Assembly: GCA_964515545.1 (NCBI GenBank)
Contig: CAZERI010000001.1
Location: 269,553 to 333,552 of the forward strand
Length of the DNA: 64,000 nt
Origin: an uncultured Gammaproteobacteria bacterium
GTDB taxonomy: Bacteria > Patescibacteriota > Microgenomatia > Levybacterales > UBA12049
Reading direction: 5' to 3'
The notes beneath the pieces are model-generated. The model searched no databases. It saw nothing but the letters and a program-made list of their open reading frames with translations, and was not told where the DNA came from. A program made the position numbers and the translations under genes. Position 1 is the stretch's first letter; every line of letters starts with the position of its first letter. This document shows, one piece after another, positions 1 to 8,347 of the stretch.

Positions 1-30
1 GAACTCGCTCTACCACTGAGCCACATCGGC
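1..30 (-). tRNA. 5' portion of a tRNA gene, truncated by the window edge
   Basis: Reverse complement reads GCCGATG-TG-GCTC-AGTGGTA-GAGC-G-AGTTC, giving an acceptor 5' strand, D-arm and start of the anticodon stem. The rest lies outside the window. Confidence 0.4.
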
Positions 31-70
31 AAGCATTTTTATCCTAAGCAAGCCAGTTAGTTTTAGAGAA

Positions 71-138
71 GAACTCGCTCGTCCATCCCTGTCAAGCAGG
101 CGGATTCGCTTTGCTCCGTCCCACTGAGCCACATCGGC
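71..138 (-). pseudogene. tRNA 5'-half remnant: duplicate of the 1-30 tRNA start with a 40-nt insertion in the D-loop and no T-arm or 3' acceptor strand
   Basis: The reverse complement begins GCCGATGTGGCTCAGTGG, identical to the 1-30 copy. A 40-nt block follows, then GAGCGAGTTC, again identical to the first copy. No CATCGGC 3' acceptor strand or TTCGAAT T-loop lies downstream. Confidence 0.3.
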
Positions 139-372
139 CTGAGTCAAAAGATTAATTCTTCTAGTGCTGAATGAGAGATTTGCACTCCCGTAGGCCTTTC
201 GACCGCCTCGTCTACAGCGAGGTGCGATTGACTACTCCGCCAATTCAGCTCGTCGAAACTCGACTACCAGCCTCCGTGCTCGTTACATCCGCACTTCGGC
301 ATTTTGTCGGTTTCTTCTCTCAAAATGCCTGCAACATTTTGGCAAGAACGTAGAAATAACTAGGATATTCTG

Positions 373-444
373 AGCCGACTGTCGGATTTGAACCGACGAC
401 CTGATGTTTACAAAACAACTGCTCTACCGCTGAGCTAAGTCGGC
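373..444 (-). tRNA. tRNA-Thr (anticodon TGT)
   Basis: The reverse complement folds as GCCGACT/AGTCGGC acceptor, GCTC-AGCGGTA-GAGC D-arm, GTTGT-TTTGTAA-ACATC anticodon arm (anticodon UGU, one U-U mismatch in the stem) and GTCGG-TTCAAAT-CCGAC T-arm, with discriminator T. Length is 72 nt. Confidence 0.75.
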
Positions 445-540
445 ACTTCGGCTACGCTCAGTGTAAACTTAACGTAGAAATTCAGAAGTACGCATAATTG
501 TACCAAAAGAGTGAGGAAGCGGGCAAGTGAGAATGTAGTC

Positions 541-580
541 TCAAAAAGAACAAAACCAGACTGCTGTATGCTATGTCTGG
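541..580 (-). terminator. Rho-independent terminator-like hairpin (minus strand)
   Basis: Minus strand reads CCAGAC-ATAGCATACAGCA-GTCTGG followed by TTTTGTTCTTTTT. It sits ~230 nt downstream of the stop of the minus-strand CDS 812-1522. Confidence 0.4.
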
Positions 581-811
581 TTTGTAATAAGTTCAACTCT
601 TTGAGTACCGAGGTTTTTGGCTGCTCATTTTCTTGAAAAGTAAAATTAGGGAGGCTGTCTCAACGTCGAAGGACGCAAGAACCCCACCTTGTGGTCGCCT
701 TAGGCGACTACCTCAATGAAATGATTTGTAGAAAAAATTAATTGCAACCACCTCTAGTATCAAAGAGTTGACTCAGTATAGTTCTCCATAGAAGGAGTGT
801 CAACCTTTAAA

Positions 812-1522
812 TTAGGGAGTCCAGAGCCCCAGGAGAGTTAACGAGTAGGTGAGAATCGAACCAACTACATTCATAAGAGAGAATCCTCCAACAGGGAACA
901 TCAGAAGGAGAAGGAGAATAAGAGTTCCAAACGAACTTAAGGATAAATACGTGTTAGCTAACCCTTCAGGGAGAATGAGAGCAAAGATCTTTGATCCATC
1001 AAGCGGGGGAATTGGTAATAGATTGAAAACAGCTAAGGAAAGATTAGTAAACATAATATCTACCAAAATATAAGCGAGAAGATCAGTGATTGAGTGGATA
1101 GTGTATGCTGATCTAAAAACTAGATCAAAAAAATACCCTTGATCCTTATGAAAAAAAATCGTGAAGAGAGCGTATGCAATAAGCATCAGAGCGATATTGG
1201 TCGCCGGTCCTGCAAATGACACGAGAGCTACATCTTTTCTACCGTCTTTAAGGTTATAAGGATCAATAGGGACAGGTTTGGCTCCGCCAAAAATAATTTT
1301 GGTAGGAGATAAAAAGAGAAGAAGAGGCAGGAGAATACTGAGAAAAGGATCAATATGAGGCAGGGGGTTAAGCGTTAGTCTGCCTAAAAGCCGAGCTGTA
1401 GGATCACCAAGACGTTCTGCCACAAATCCATGTGCAATCTCATGTAATATCGCAGAGTAAATAAGAACGACAATCGCGATGCCGAAGATAAGTATATTTA
1501 TTGGGATAAAAAATGATTCCAT
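812..1522 (-). CDS. Peptidase M50 (site-2 protease family) integral membrane zinc metalloprotease
   Basis: HEIAHG (HExxH) motif sits in the first TM helix and an LDG-type motif (PPLDGSKI) lies downstream. The protein is polytopic and hydrophobic, 236 aa. Confidence 0.75.
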   Translation of the reverse strand: MESFFIPINILIFGIAIVVLIYSAILHEIAHGFVAERLGDPTARLLGRLTLNPLPHIDPFLSILLPLLLFLSPTKIIFGGAKPVPIDPYNLKDGRKDVALVSFAGPATNIALMLIAYALFTIFFHKDQGYFFDLVFRSAYTIHSITDLLAYILVDIMFTNLSLAVFNLLPIPPLDGSKIFALILPEGLANTYLSLSSFGTLILLLLLMFPVGGFSLMNVVGSILTYSLTLLGLWTP

Positions 1523-1741
1523 ACAATAAAAACCTCCAGATATTAACGTGCCGATTACGCTTAATGTGAGAGGTCGTTGTTGTAATTATAGTCTTTTTTT
1601 AGTATACTATCAATTCGAAAGGGGAAGTCTCTAATCTTAAAAGGAAGAAGAGCAGCACCGTTCTTGCGAAGCAAGATCGAATTTATTTCGAAGGTGCGTC
1701 GAGAAGAAACCTTGGTTTCGTCTCGAGACTAAAAAATTTTT

Positions 1742-1987
1742 ATGGCAATGCAATGTCTTATGTGTCACAAAGGGGTTCAGTACGGACATAATGTGTCCCA
1801 CTCAAAACGCCGAACTGTTCGTACTTTCAGACCTAACCTTCACTCAGCAAAAGTCGTCATTAACGGCGCGCCTAAACGCGTCAAACTTTGTACGAAGTGT
1901 CTCCGTATGTACAAAAGAACCTCCGTTGTTATGGCAGAGATTGAAGCAGAACAGACACCAGCTCCAGAAGCTACTGCACAAAGTTAA
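1742..1987 (+). CDS. rpmB: 50S ribosomal protein L28
   Basis: 81-aa basic protein. The N-terminus C..C..KG..YGHNVSHSKRRT...RPNL matches the L28 family pattern. Confidence 0.8.
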   Translation: MAMQCLMCHKGVQYGHNVSHSKRRTVRTFRPNLHSAKVVINGAPKRVKLCTKCLRMYKRTSVVMAEIEAEQTPAPEATAQS

Positions 1988-2861
1988 TTTCCCCCAGGAG
2001 TTTTAAAACTTTTTCTTTTATTTCAGGATGTCCATTAAAGAATTCTTCCAAGTTCATAGGTTTACCTCCTTCAACTTGTACTCTATTTTCAGGATAAAAT
2101 TTCACTAGCTGTTCTTTTCCATTGGAGAGTTTTAACTTGGTCCATGCATTTGGCCAGGGATAGTAAGCTCGTATCATCCTATCTAATTCTTGAGGTGCTG
2201 GAGGATTGGTACTATCAAAATAGCCACTAGCTCTTGTTATCATCTGGCAGTAAGTAGCTAACGAGTCATCTTGGGGAACGGGCTGGATTTTCTTTTCTGC
2301 ATAGTCATGTATGATAGTGGGTAATCTTTCTGCAGCATCATCAAATAATGAAAAGTGGAGCTTTTCAAAAGTATCATCAGGTTTGAGATCAACTTTCCAC
2401 TGTGAGAGAAGTGGTCCGTGGTCCATCTTCTCATCCATTTTAATGATAGAAACTCCTGTTGTGCGGTCTCCATTAAGAAGGGCAGTCTGAATAGGTGATG
2501 GCCCGCGATAGCAGGGAAGAAGAGAGGGATGAATGTTAAGAGATCCTAATGGAGGAAACTCAATAATTGATTGAGGAATTATTTTTCCATAAGCTGCCAC
2601 GATGAATATATCTGGTTTAGTATCCTTTATCTTATCTAAGAATGTATCATCTAATTTTTCCGGTTGGAAAATAGCAATATTATTTTTTTCTGCATATATT
2701 TTAACCGGAGGGGATGTAAGGACCTTTTTTCTGCCTTGTTCTGTATCAGGAGCGGTTACTGCTCCGACAAGATTAAAGTCTTTACCAATCGCTGCAAGAA
2801 CGGGAACGACAAAGGATGGAGTACCAAAGAAAATCACCCTTAAATTTTTATTATTTGTCAT
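1971..2861 (-). CDS. fmt: Methionyl-tRNA formyltransferase
   Basis: N-terminal Rossmann segment IFFGTP.F.VP.L and the HPSLLPCYRGPSPIQ motif are present. The gene sits immediately downstream of def, the classic def-fmt operon. Confidence 0.9.
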   Translation of the reverse strand: MTNNKNLRVIFFGTPSFVVPVLAAIGKDFNLVGAVTAPDTEQGRKKVLTSPPVKIYAEKNNIAIFQPEKLDDTFLDKIKDTKPDIFIVAAYGKIIPQSIIEFPPLGSLNIHPSLLPCYRGPSPIQTALLNGDRTTGVSIIKMDEKMDHGPLLSQWKVDLKPDDTFEKLHFSLFDDAAERLPTIIHDYAEKKIQPVPQDDSLATYCQMITRASGYFDSTNPPAPQELDRMIRAYYPWPNAWTKLKLSNGKEQLVKFYPENRVQVEGGKPMNLEEFFNGHPEIKEKVLKLLGEINFVQ

Positions 2862-2943
2862 AGACAGTTATTATTCATGTGGGAATTAGTTCAGTGGCAA
2901 GTATCTAGTATTAGGTATATAGAAGAATACTAGATACAAAATA

Positions 2944-3501
2944 CTATACTGTTAGTTCCTCAAATTCCATCTCACCTTTTTTATTTTTCACTGATTTGTA
3001 AAGCTGGCCTTTTTGTTCAAGTACACGCCGGGGGAATAAAATACCTTGGAGGTGGTCAAATTCATGCTGAATAATTGTCGCCATAAATCCTCCAAAGGCT
3101 TCATGGCATTTTTCTCCTCTTTCATTAAGATACGATAGTTCTACTTTTGGATATCGATGAACAATTCCCCAGATATCTTGTAAAGATAGACATCCTTCCA
3201 GTTTTACTTCATGGTGTTCTTTATCAATCTCATCATTACTTGCCAGTTTTTCACCTTCCGGAATTATCAGCTTTGGATTGATAAAGACCCGAAGCGGATC
3301 TTTGCTAGATTCTTTGATAATAAAGAGCTGGAGTGATTTGCCTACTTGAGGAGCTGCAAGTCCCACACCTTCTGGATCTTTTGCATTAAGCAGGCTCTCA
3401 GTCATCTCCTTAATAAGAGAGGTGACATTCTTATCAATTTTTTGAATAGGGCTAGCAATAGAAGCTAAAACTGGCTTTGGTGCTTGAATAATTGGTAACA
3501 T
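2944..3501 (-). CDS. def: Peptide deformylase
   Basis: Motifs GVGLAAPQVG, EGCLS and HEFDHLQG are the three PDF signature motifs. Confidence 0.9.
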   Translation of the reverse strand: MLPIIQAPKPVLASIASPIQKIDKNVTSLIKEMTESLLNAKDPEGVGLAAPQVGKSLQLFIIKESSKDPLRVFINPKLIIPEGEKLASNDEIDKEHHEVKLEGCLSLQDIWGIVHRYPKVELSYLNERGEKCHEAFGGFMATIIQHEFDHLQGILFPRRVLEQKGQLYKSVKNKKGEMEFEELTV

Positions 3502-3555
3502 ACTTCTCAGCTCAACATTATACGCAAAAATTGAAGATCATACAATCGGATCTAA

Positions 3556-5811
3556 CTATGGCGTCTCACCCCATGAGGTAAGTGTCTTTTTTGCACCATC
3601 ATCATTTGGGACGAGATGAGTGAGAATATATCTTAAATCCGAAACACCTTTGTTATAGAGATTTATTTTCTCTTGTCCAGTAGCGCTTTCTGAGAGCTGG
3701 TGATAGAAGATTGCTCGAGCAAAGTATGCATCACGATAATTTCGTTTGAGAGATATAGTATGGGTGAGTTCTGAAATGCCCTTTTGGATTTGATTATTTT
3801 GTCCATACAAGACACCAACGTTGTAGGAAATCTTTGCATCCGTTGGTGCAAGTTTTTTGGCAACAAGTACTGCCTCCAATGCATTCTTATAATATTTCGG
3901 ATCAATTTGGGCCAAAAGATAAAATACTCTTACACGGGATTTCCAGAAGACTACATTATTGGGGTGATTAGTCGTGATATTGTCGCTTAATGCCACTGCT
4001 TGATTTGCAAGCTGGGCCCCGACTGTTGCATTGTTATTAGCGATAAATGCAGAGCCAAGAGTGGCCATATTTAAAGCAAATTCATCCTGGAATACAGGCT
4101 CATTGGGTCTGGTATTGACTGCTGACTGAAGATTGGTGAAAGCAGTCTGATAGGAAGATGCATCTCCGACATGATCCAAATTCATACCTAAAGCATATGA
4201 TACATCCGCAGTCCAAAATCTCACTAACTGAATTAAAAAGAAAGCTCCAATAAGGACTACTGTAGAAATACCAGTCCATTGATAAATGTTGAGAGAAGTC
4301 TGATTCTTTTTGATCTTAGCAGTTATATCCCATTCTAATTTTTTAGTAAGCGGATAATCGCTAAAGAAAAGGAGCCATACGGGAATAAAGTAAAGAAAGA
4401 CATTCATGATAACGACTGAGAATCCAAAAAAGTTAGAGATGATAATACTTAAGAAGGCTCCTGGCAGAGAGACAGCATACAGCCAACTCTCTTTATTGAG
4501 TTCTTTTTTAAGGAGAGACCTTGCCTTCCTAAGTTCTGCAAATGCGATAAAGAAGAAAGTAAGCAGAAAAAGTACGTGTGTTCCCAGCCCTAAAGCGCCT
4601 GTTGTCGCCAGATAATTAAGATATTCATTATGTGCTTTATTGTAGAGATAATCCCATTCTGAAGTAAGGTTGTGTGCTGCCGGACGATGTAAATAATAAG
4701 CGAAAGCATATGTCTCAACCCCTGTCCCAATTAACGGATGAGCTTTCCATATATCAAGTGCTCCTTTCCATACCAAGAGACGGATATCACCAGAGTCTGT
4801 AATATTATTTCCCGTCTTTGAGGCTGTGGGAGACGTAGGAGAGGAAGGAGCACTATCGGTAGCATTTTGGGGAGCCGGAGCAGGAGCTGCATGGAAGGCT
4901 CGAAGACTAAGGATATCTAGCTGGTGAATAGGGGTTCCGCTGGTAAAGTTGAAGAAGAAAAATAAAGCATTAAATACTAAAAAATAAGTAAGTAATTTAC
5001 GAAGTGGAAAAAGCTTTATGAAAAAGAGTCCTATCCAAAACAGCCCATTGGCTGCCCAAAAAGCTAAAAACCCGCCTCTTGTATCAGTATAAAGAAGAGA
5101 CAGATACATAAACCCTGATAGAAGCCACAGCCCAACGAGTTTAGGTTTTTTAAGAGAAGCAAGGAGCGGAATATCAGCAATTTTTTCTTTCTCCCAGATA
5201 GTCATAGCCATGGTAATTGGCAGAAGCGCAGCAAGATATGCAGCTAGCCACGCTGGCTGTCCTAGTGTCGAGAAGATACGAGCAGTAGGCTTAAAGGCGT
5301 CAGTCCAGCATGCAGTATCCAGACTGCCTCTAAATAATAAACATGTTGGATCATAGCCAAAATGTGAAGGCAGTCCCCAAAGTATAACTACAACTGCTCC
5401 CAACAGAGTTGCAAAAAGGAAGCGCTTAGCATCACGGAGAGTACTGTTACTAACAAAGGCATAGTACAAGAGAGTGTACGTAAGAAGAGACAAAAATCCG
5501 CCATTAAAACGTGAATAATATCCCCAAAATGAGACTCGAGAGTCAAGAGAGAAAATGGTTGAGATAAGTTGAGAAAGAAGAAAAAGAAGGATAGGAATAT
5601 CAAAAGGCGTACGTTTGATAGTGAATGTTCTCTCAGTAATCATTTTCACTAACCACGAGCCGATAATAATAACAGCCAGCCCCCATGTTAGCCACATTTT
5701 ATTAAGTTCAAAAAGCTCGGAGGTATTACTCGTTAAGACCAGCGGGACGAAAAAAAGGAGAGCATAAAAAGACCAGCGGATTATCTTGTCACAGTAGGAA
5801 GAAAGTTTCAT
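3556..5811 (-). CDS. O-antigen ligase (Wzy_C)-like polytopic membrane protein with C-terminal TPR repeats
   Basis: The N-terminal two thirds carry ~10-12 TM helices with a central periplasmic loop typical of the O-antigen ligase/PglL family. The C-terminal ~250 aa is soluble and TPR/Sel1-like (repetitive A/Y/L-rich helices). It also contains a Pro/Thr/Ser-rich low-complexity stretch. 751 aa. Confidence 0.55.
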   Translation of the reverse strand: MKLSSYCDKIIRWSFYALLFFVPLVLTSNTSELFELNKMWLTWGLAVIIIGSWLVKMITERTFTIKRTPFDIPILLFLLSQLISTIFSLDSRVSFWGYYSRFNGGFLSLLTYTLLYYAFVSNSTLRDAKRFLFATLLGAVVVILWGLPSHFGYDPTCLLFRGSLDTACWTDAFKPTARIFSTLGQPAWLAAYLAALLPITMAMTIWEKEKIADIPLLASLKKPKLVGLWLLSGFMYLSLLYTDTRGGFLAFWAANGLFWIGLFFIKLFPLRKLLTYFLVFNALFFFFNFTSGTPIHQLDILSLRAFHAAPAPAPQNATDSAPSSPTSPTASKTGNNITDSGDIRLLVWKGALDIWKAHPLIGTGVETYAFAYYLHRPAAHNLTSEWDYLYNKAHNEYLNYLATTGALGLGTHVLFLLTFFFIAFAELRKARSLLKKELNKESWLYAVSLPGAFLSIIISNFFGFSVVIMNVFLYFIPVWLLFFSDYPLTKKLEWDITAKIKKNQTSLNIYQWTGISTVVLIGAFFLIQLVRFWTADVSYALGMNLDHVGDASSYQTAFTNLQSAVNTRPNEPVFQDEFALNMATLGSAFIANNNATVGAQLANQAVALSDNITTNHPNNVVFWKSRVRVFYLLAQIDPKYYKNALEAVLVAKKLAPTDAKISYNVGVLYGQNNQIQKGISELTHTISLKRNYRDAYFARAIFYHQLSESATGQEKINLYNKGVSDLRYILTHLVPNDDGAKKTLTSWGETP

Positions 5812-5938
5812 CTAGAGATTATTTATCCATCGTAGCATATTGGCAAAGCTCCAGCAAGAATGTAGAATGGGGAGGTGAATTGTTAAATTGTTAGATAGTT
5901 TATTGTTATCCTTTAGCAATTTAATAATTTAGCATATA

Positions 5939-7063
5939 GTGATGTTTGATAAGCTTTTTTCATTTTTCTCACACGATATTGGAATTGATTTAGGAACTGC
6001 TAATACTCTTGTATGGGTAAAGGGGAAAGGGATTGTAATTCGGGAGCCCTCAGTTGTGGCTATGCGTAAAAAGCCTAAACAGGTGATAGCAATTGGCAGC
6101 GAAGCTAAAAAAATGGTAGGTAAGACACCTGCTTCAATCATCACAGTACGGCCGTTAAAAGGAGGAATTATTTCCGATTTTGACGCCACTGAAGCCATGA
6201 TTGCACATTATATAAAACAAGTGCATGAAATGTCTGGCCCTATCCAGTCATTCCTAGCTCGCCCTCGTGTTGTTATTGGAATTCCGTCTTCAGTTACTGA
6301 AGTCCAAAGACGGGCTGTATGGGAAGCGACATTATCAGCGGGAGCAAGGCAGGCATTTCTTATCGAAGAGCCAATGGCAGCAGCAATCGGAGAAGGAATA
6401 ACAGTATCCGGTTCAACGGGTGTCATGATCGTTGACATTGGTGGTGGCACTACTGAAATTGCTATTATTTCCCTCGGTGGAATTGTAGTCAGCCGGTCAC
6501 TTAAATATGCAGGAGATGATATGGATCAGGCGATTTTACATTATGTAAGACTTCGCCACGGGTTACTTTTAGGTGAGAAGACAGCTGAGGATGTAAAAAT
6601 TAAGATAGGCAGCGCTTATCAAAAAGGTGCAAAAAAAAATCGCAAAAAACAGGTTACCAAGTCTGATGATAATGAGAATATTGATATTAAAGAAGAGCAT
6701 GGAGAAAAATTAGCCATAATCAGAGGACGTGACATAGAGACAGGACTGCCTCGGAGCATCAGAATATCCGAGTCAGAAATCAGGGAGGCCTTGTCTCCAG
6801 TTCTTGCTCAGATTATTGAAGGAATTGCAGATGTTATTGAGGAAGCCCCTCCAGAGCTGCTCGGTGATATCTTAGAGAGGGGATTATTAGTAACAGGCGG
6901 AGGAGCAAAGTTATCTGGACTAGATCAATTGATCGTTGAGAGAACTCATATGCCGGTTATCCTCTCTGATGACTCATTAACAAGTGTAGTTCGCGGGACA
7001 GGAAAAGTGCTGGATGATGAAGATCTTCTTAATAGAGTAAAAGTAATTGGCGGATTGAAATAA
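5939..7063 (+). CDS. mreB: Rod shape-determining protein MreB (actin homolog) with a ~30-aa Lys-rich insertion
   Basis: IGIDLGTANTLVWVKG phosphate-1 motif and DIGGGTTEIAIIS phosphate-2 motif are present, with overall MreB collinearity. It is followed by mreC and mreD. Confidence 0.9.
   Translation: MMFDKLFSFFSHDIGIDLGTANTLVWVKGKGIVIREPSVVAMRKKPKQVIAIGSEAKKMVGKTPASIITVRPLKGGIISDFDATEAMIAHYIKQVHEMSGPIQSFLARPRVVIGIPSSVTEVQRRAVWEATLSAGARQAFLIEEPMAAAIGEGITVSGSTGVMIVDIGGGTTEIAIISLGGIVVSRSLKYAGDDMDQAILHYVRLRHGLLLGEKTAEDVKIKIGSAYQKGAKKNRKKQVTKSDDNENIDIKEEHGEKLAIIRGRDIETGLPRSIRISESEIREALSPVLAQIIEGIADVIEEAPPELLGDILERGLLVTGGGAKLSGLDQLIVERTHMPVILSDDSLTSVVRGTGKVLDDEDLLNRVKVIGGLK
6620..6716 (+). other. 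Lineage-specific insertion within MreB (QKGAKKNRKKQVTKSDDNENIDIKEEHGEKLA)
   Basis: The segment lies between the conserved IGSAY and IRGRD segments where canonical MreB has none. It is encoded by an A-rich tract. Confidence 0.5.
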
Positions 7064-7114
7064 TTTACTCTTCTGCTGGGCTTGTCCTCATAGGGTAAAC
7101 CTATTACAATATTC

Positions 7115-7915
7115 ATGACGATGCAACGTTCAAATATAGCCATTGTTTTTGTATTTTTCCTCTTTCTATCTTTTCTTTTTTATATTCTTTCACTTACTTC
7201 CATGGGGCAGAGTCTTACTGGTTTTTTGGAGCTGGGGACAATACCTCTGCAAAAGAGCGTTTTTTCTGCCTATGCAGCTAATAATAGTCATCCAAGTGAC
7301 CTACAGAAGCTGAAGGAGCAGAATGCAGAACTTGAGTCTCAGCTTGCTAAATATAAAGAGCAGGATAAAGAGATGCAAGCTCTTAGGGACCAATTTGCTA
7401 CTACTACTCCTTCCTCTTCATCGCTCTTACCAGTTCATATCATCGGACTGAAAGCATTTATCCCTGGAGTTTCACTTCCAGAGCAGATCGTTATAGATAA
7501 AGGAAGACAAGATGGTATTACCAATAATGCTGCAGTGATTTATAAGAATAATGTTGTCGGTAAAGTGGCCATTGCAAATCAGCATGTATCGCTTGTTGAT
7601 CTAAGTTTCAAAAAAGGCTTCTCTGTAACTGCGACTACCTCCCAGACAAATTCATTAGGAATTAGTAAAGGACAGGGGCAGGGAAGTATCCTCTTAGATA
7701 ATGTTGTCCTTTCAGATTCACTTATGAAAGGAGATCTGGTGGTAACAAAAGGAAGTACTGACAGTGATGAAAGCGGGATACCGCCAGGACTTGTTATAGG
7801 GAAAATACTCTCGGTTGATAAAAAAGCCAGTAATCTTTTTCAGACCGCTCGTATCCAACCACTTATAGACGTCACTCACCTTACGACACTTTTTATCGTA
7901 CTTAAATCAGAATAA
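7115..7915 (+). CDS. mreC: Rod shape-determining protein MreC
   Basis: N-terminal TM helix, then a coiled-coil (LKEQNAELESQLAKYKEQDKEMQALRDQ), then a beta-rich C-terminal domain. It lies immediately after mreB. Confidence 0.7.
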   Translation: MTMQRSNIAIVFVFFLFLSFLFYILSLTSMGQSLTGFLELGTIPLQKSVFSAYAANNSHPSDLQKLKEQNAELESQLAKYKEQDKEMQALRDQFATTTPSSSSLLPVHIIGLKAFIPGVSLPEQIVIDKGRQDGITNNAAVIYKNNVVGKVAIANQHVSLVDLSFKKGFSVTATTSQTNSLGISKGQGQGSILLDNVVLSDSLMKGDLVVTKGSTDSDESGIPPGLVIGKILSVDKKASNLFQTARIQPLIDVTHLTTLFIVLKSE

Positions 7916-7921
7916 TGCTCT

Positions 7922-8347
7922 ATGCAAAAGATTCTTATTGGACTGGTCATAATTGCTCTCATATTAGAAGGATCCTTGACATCTCTTCCTTTAGTTCTTC
8001 TTACGCTTCTTCTTTTTCGTATTGCTAGTAAAAGTAACAACGGATTCTTGGTGGCATTCCTATCAGGTATCATTTTGGATGTTTTTTTAGTGAGGCCTAT
8101 CGGACAGACAAGTGTCTTATTTTTGATTGTTTTATTCCTTATTGGAATGTATGAGAAGAAATTTGAGGTAAATTCACTTCCTTTTATAATGATTGCAGCC
8201 TTTATAACATCTTTTGTTTATTTGATTATTTTTCCGGTTCCTGCTAGCTTTATCCAGATAATCACTATGACGTTTTTGGCAGGTTTTTTCTATATAGTGC
8301 TGCGTCTTAAAAAATCCAAAAAACAAGCAAGCGTTAATCACTTATGA
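7922..8347 (+). CDS. mreD: Rod shape-determining protein MreD (small polytopic membrane protein)
   Basis: 141 aa with 4-5 TM helices. Its position between mreC and the PBP2 gene matches the canonical mreBCD-mrdA order. Confidence 0.55.
   Translation: MQKILIGLVIIALILEGSLTSLPLVLLTLLLFRIASKSNNGFLVAFLSGIILDVFLVRPIGQTSVLFLIVLFLIGMYEKKFEVNSLPFIMIAAFITSFVYLIIFPVPASFIQIITMTFLAGFFYIVLRLKKSKKQASVNHL

Noticed and set aside
171-353. 60-aa ORF between tRNA genes
   Set aside because: It overlaps a GC-rich, hairpin-dense intergenic segment more likely to be RNA structure. No RBS and no protein-like composition.
140-810. tmRNA, RNase P RNA or SRP RNA in the GC-rich intergenic patches at the window start
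   Set aside because: None of the conserved signatures was found on either strand. These are the tmRNA tag-reading frame with its T-arm/ACCA end, the RNase P GGAAAGUCCGG/ACAGAAA motifs, and the SRP GGAAGCAGCC motif. The region is left as an unassigned candidate ncRNA.
849-1073. 74-aa plus-strand ORF, and a T-arm-like GGTTCGATTCTCACC on the minus strand near 865-880
   Set aside because: Both lie inside the well-supported M50 protease CDS. The T-arm resemblance has no accompanying acceptor or anticodon arms.
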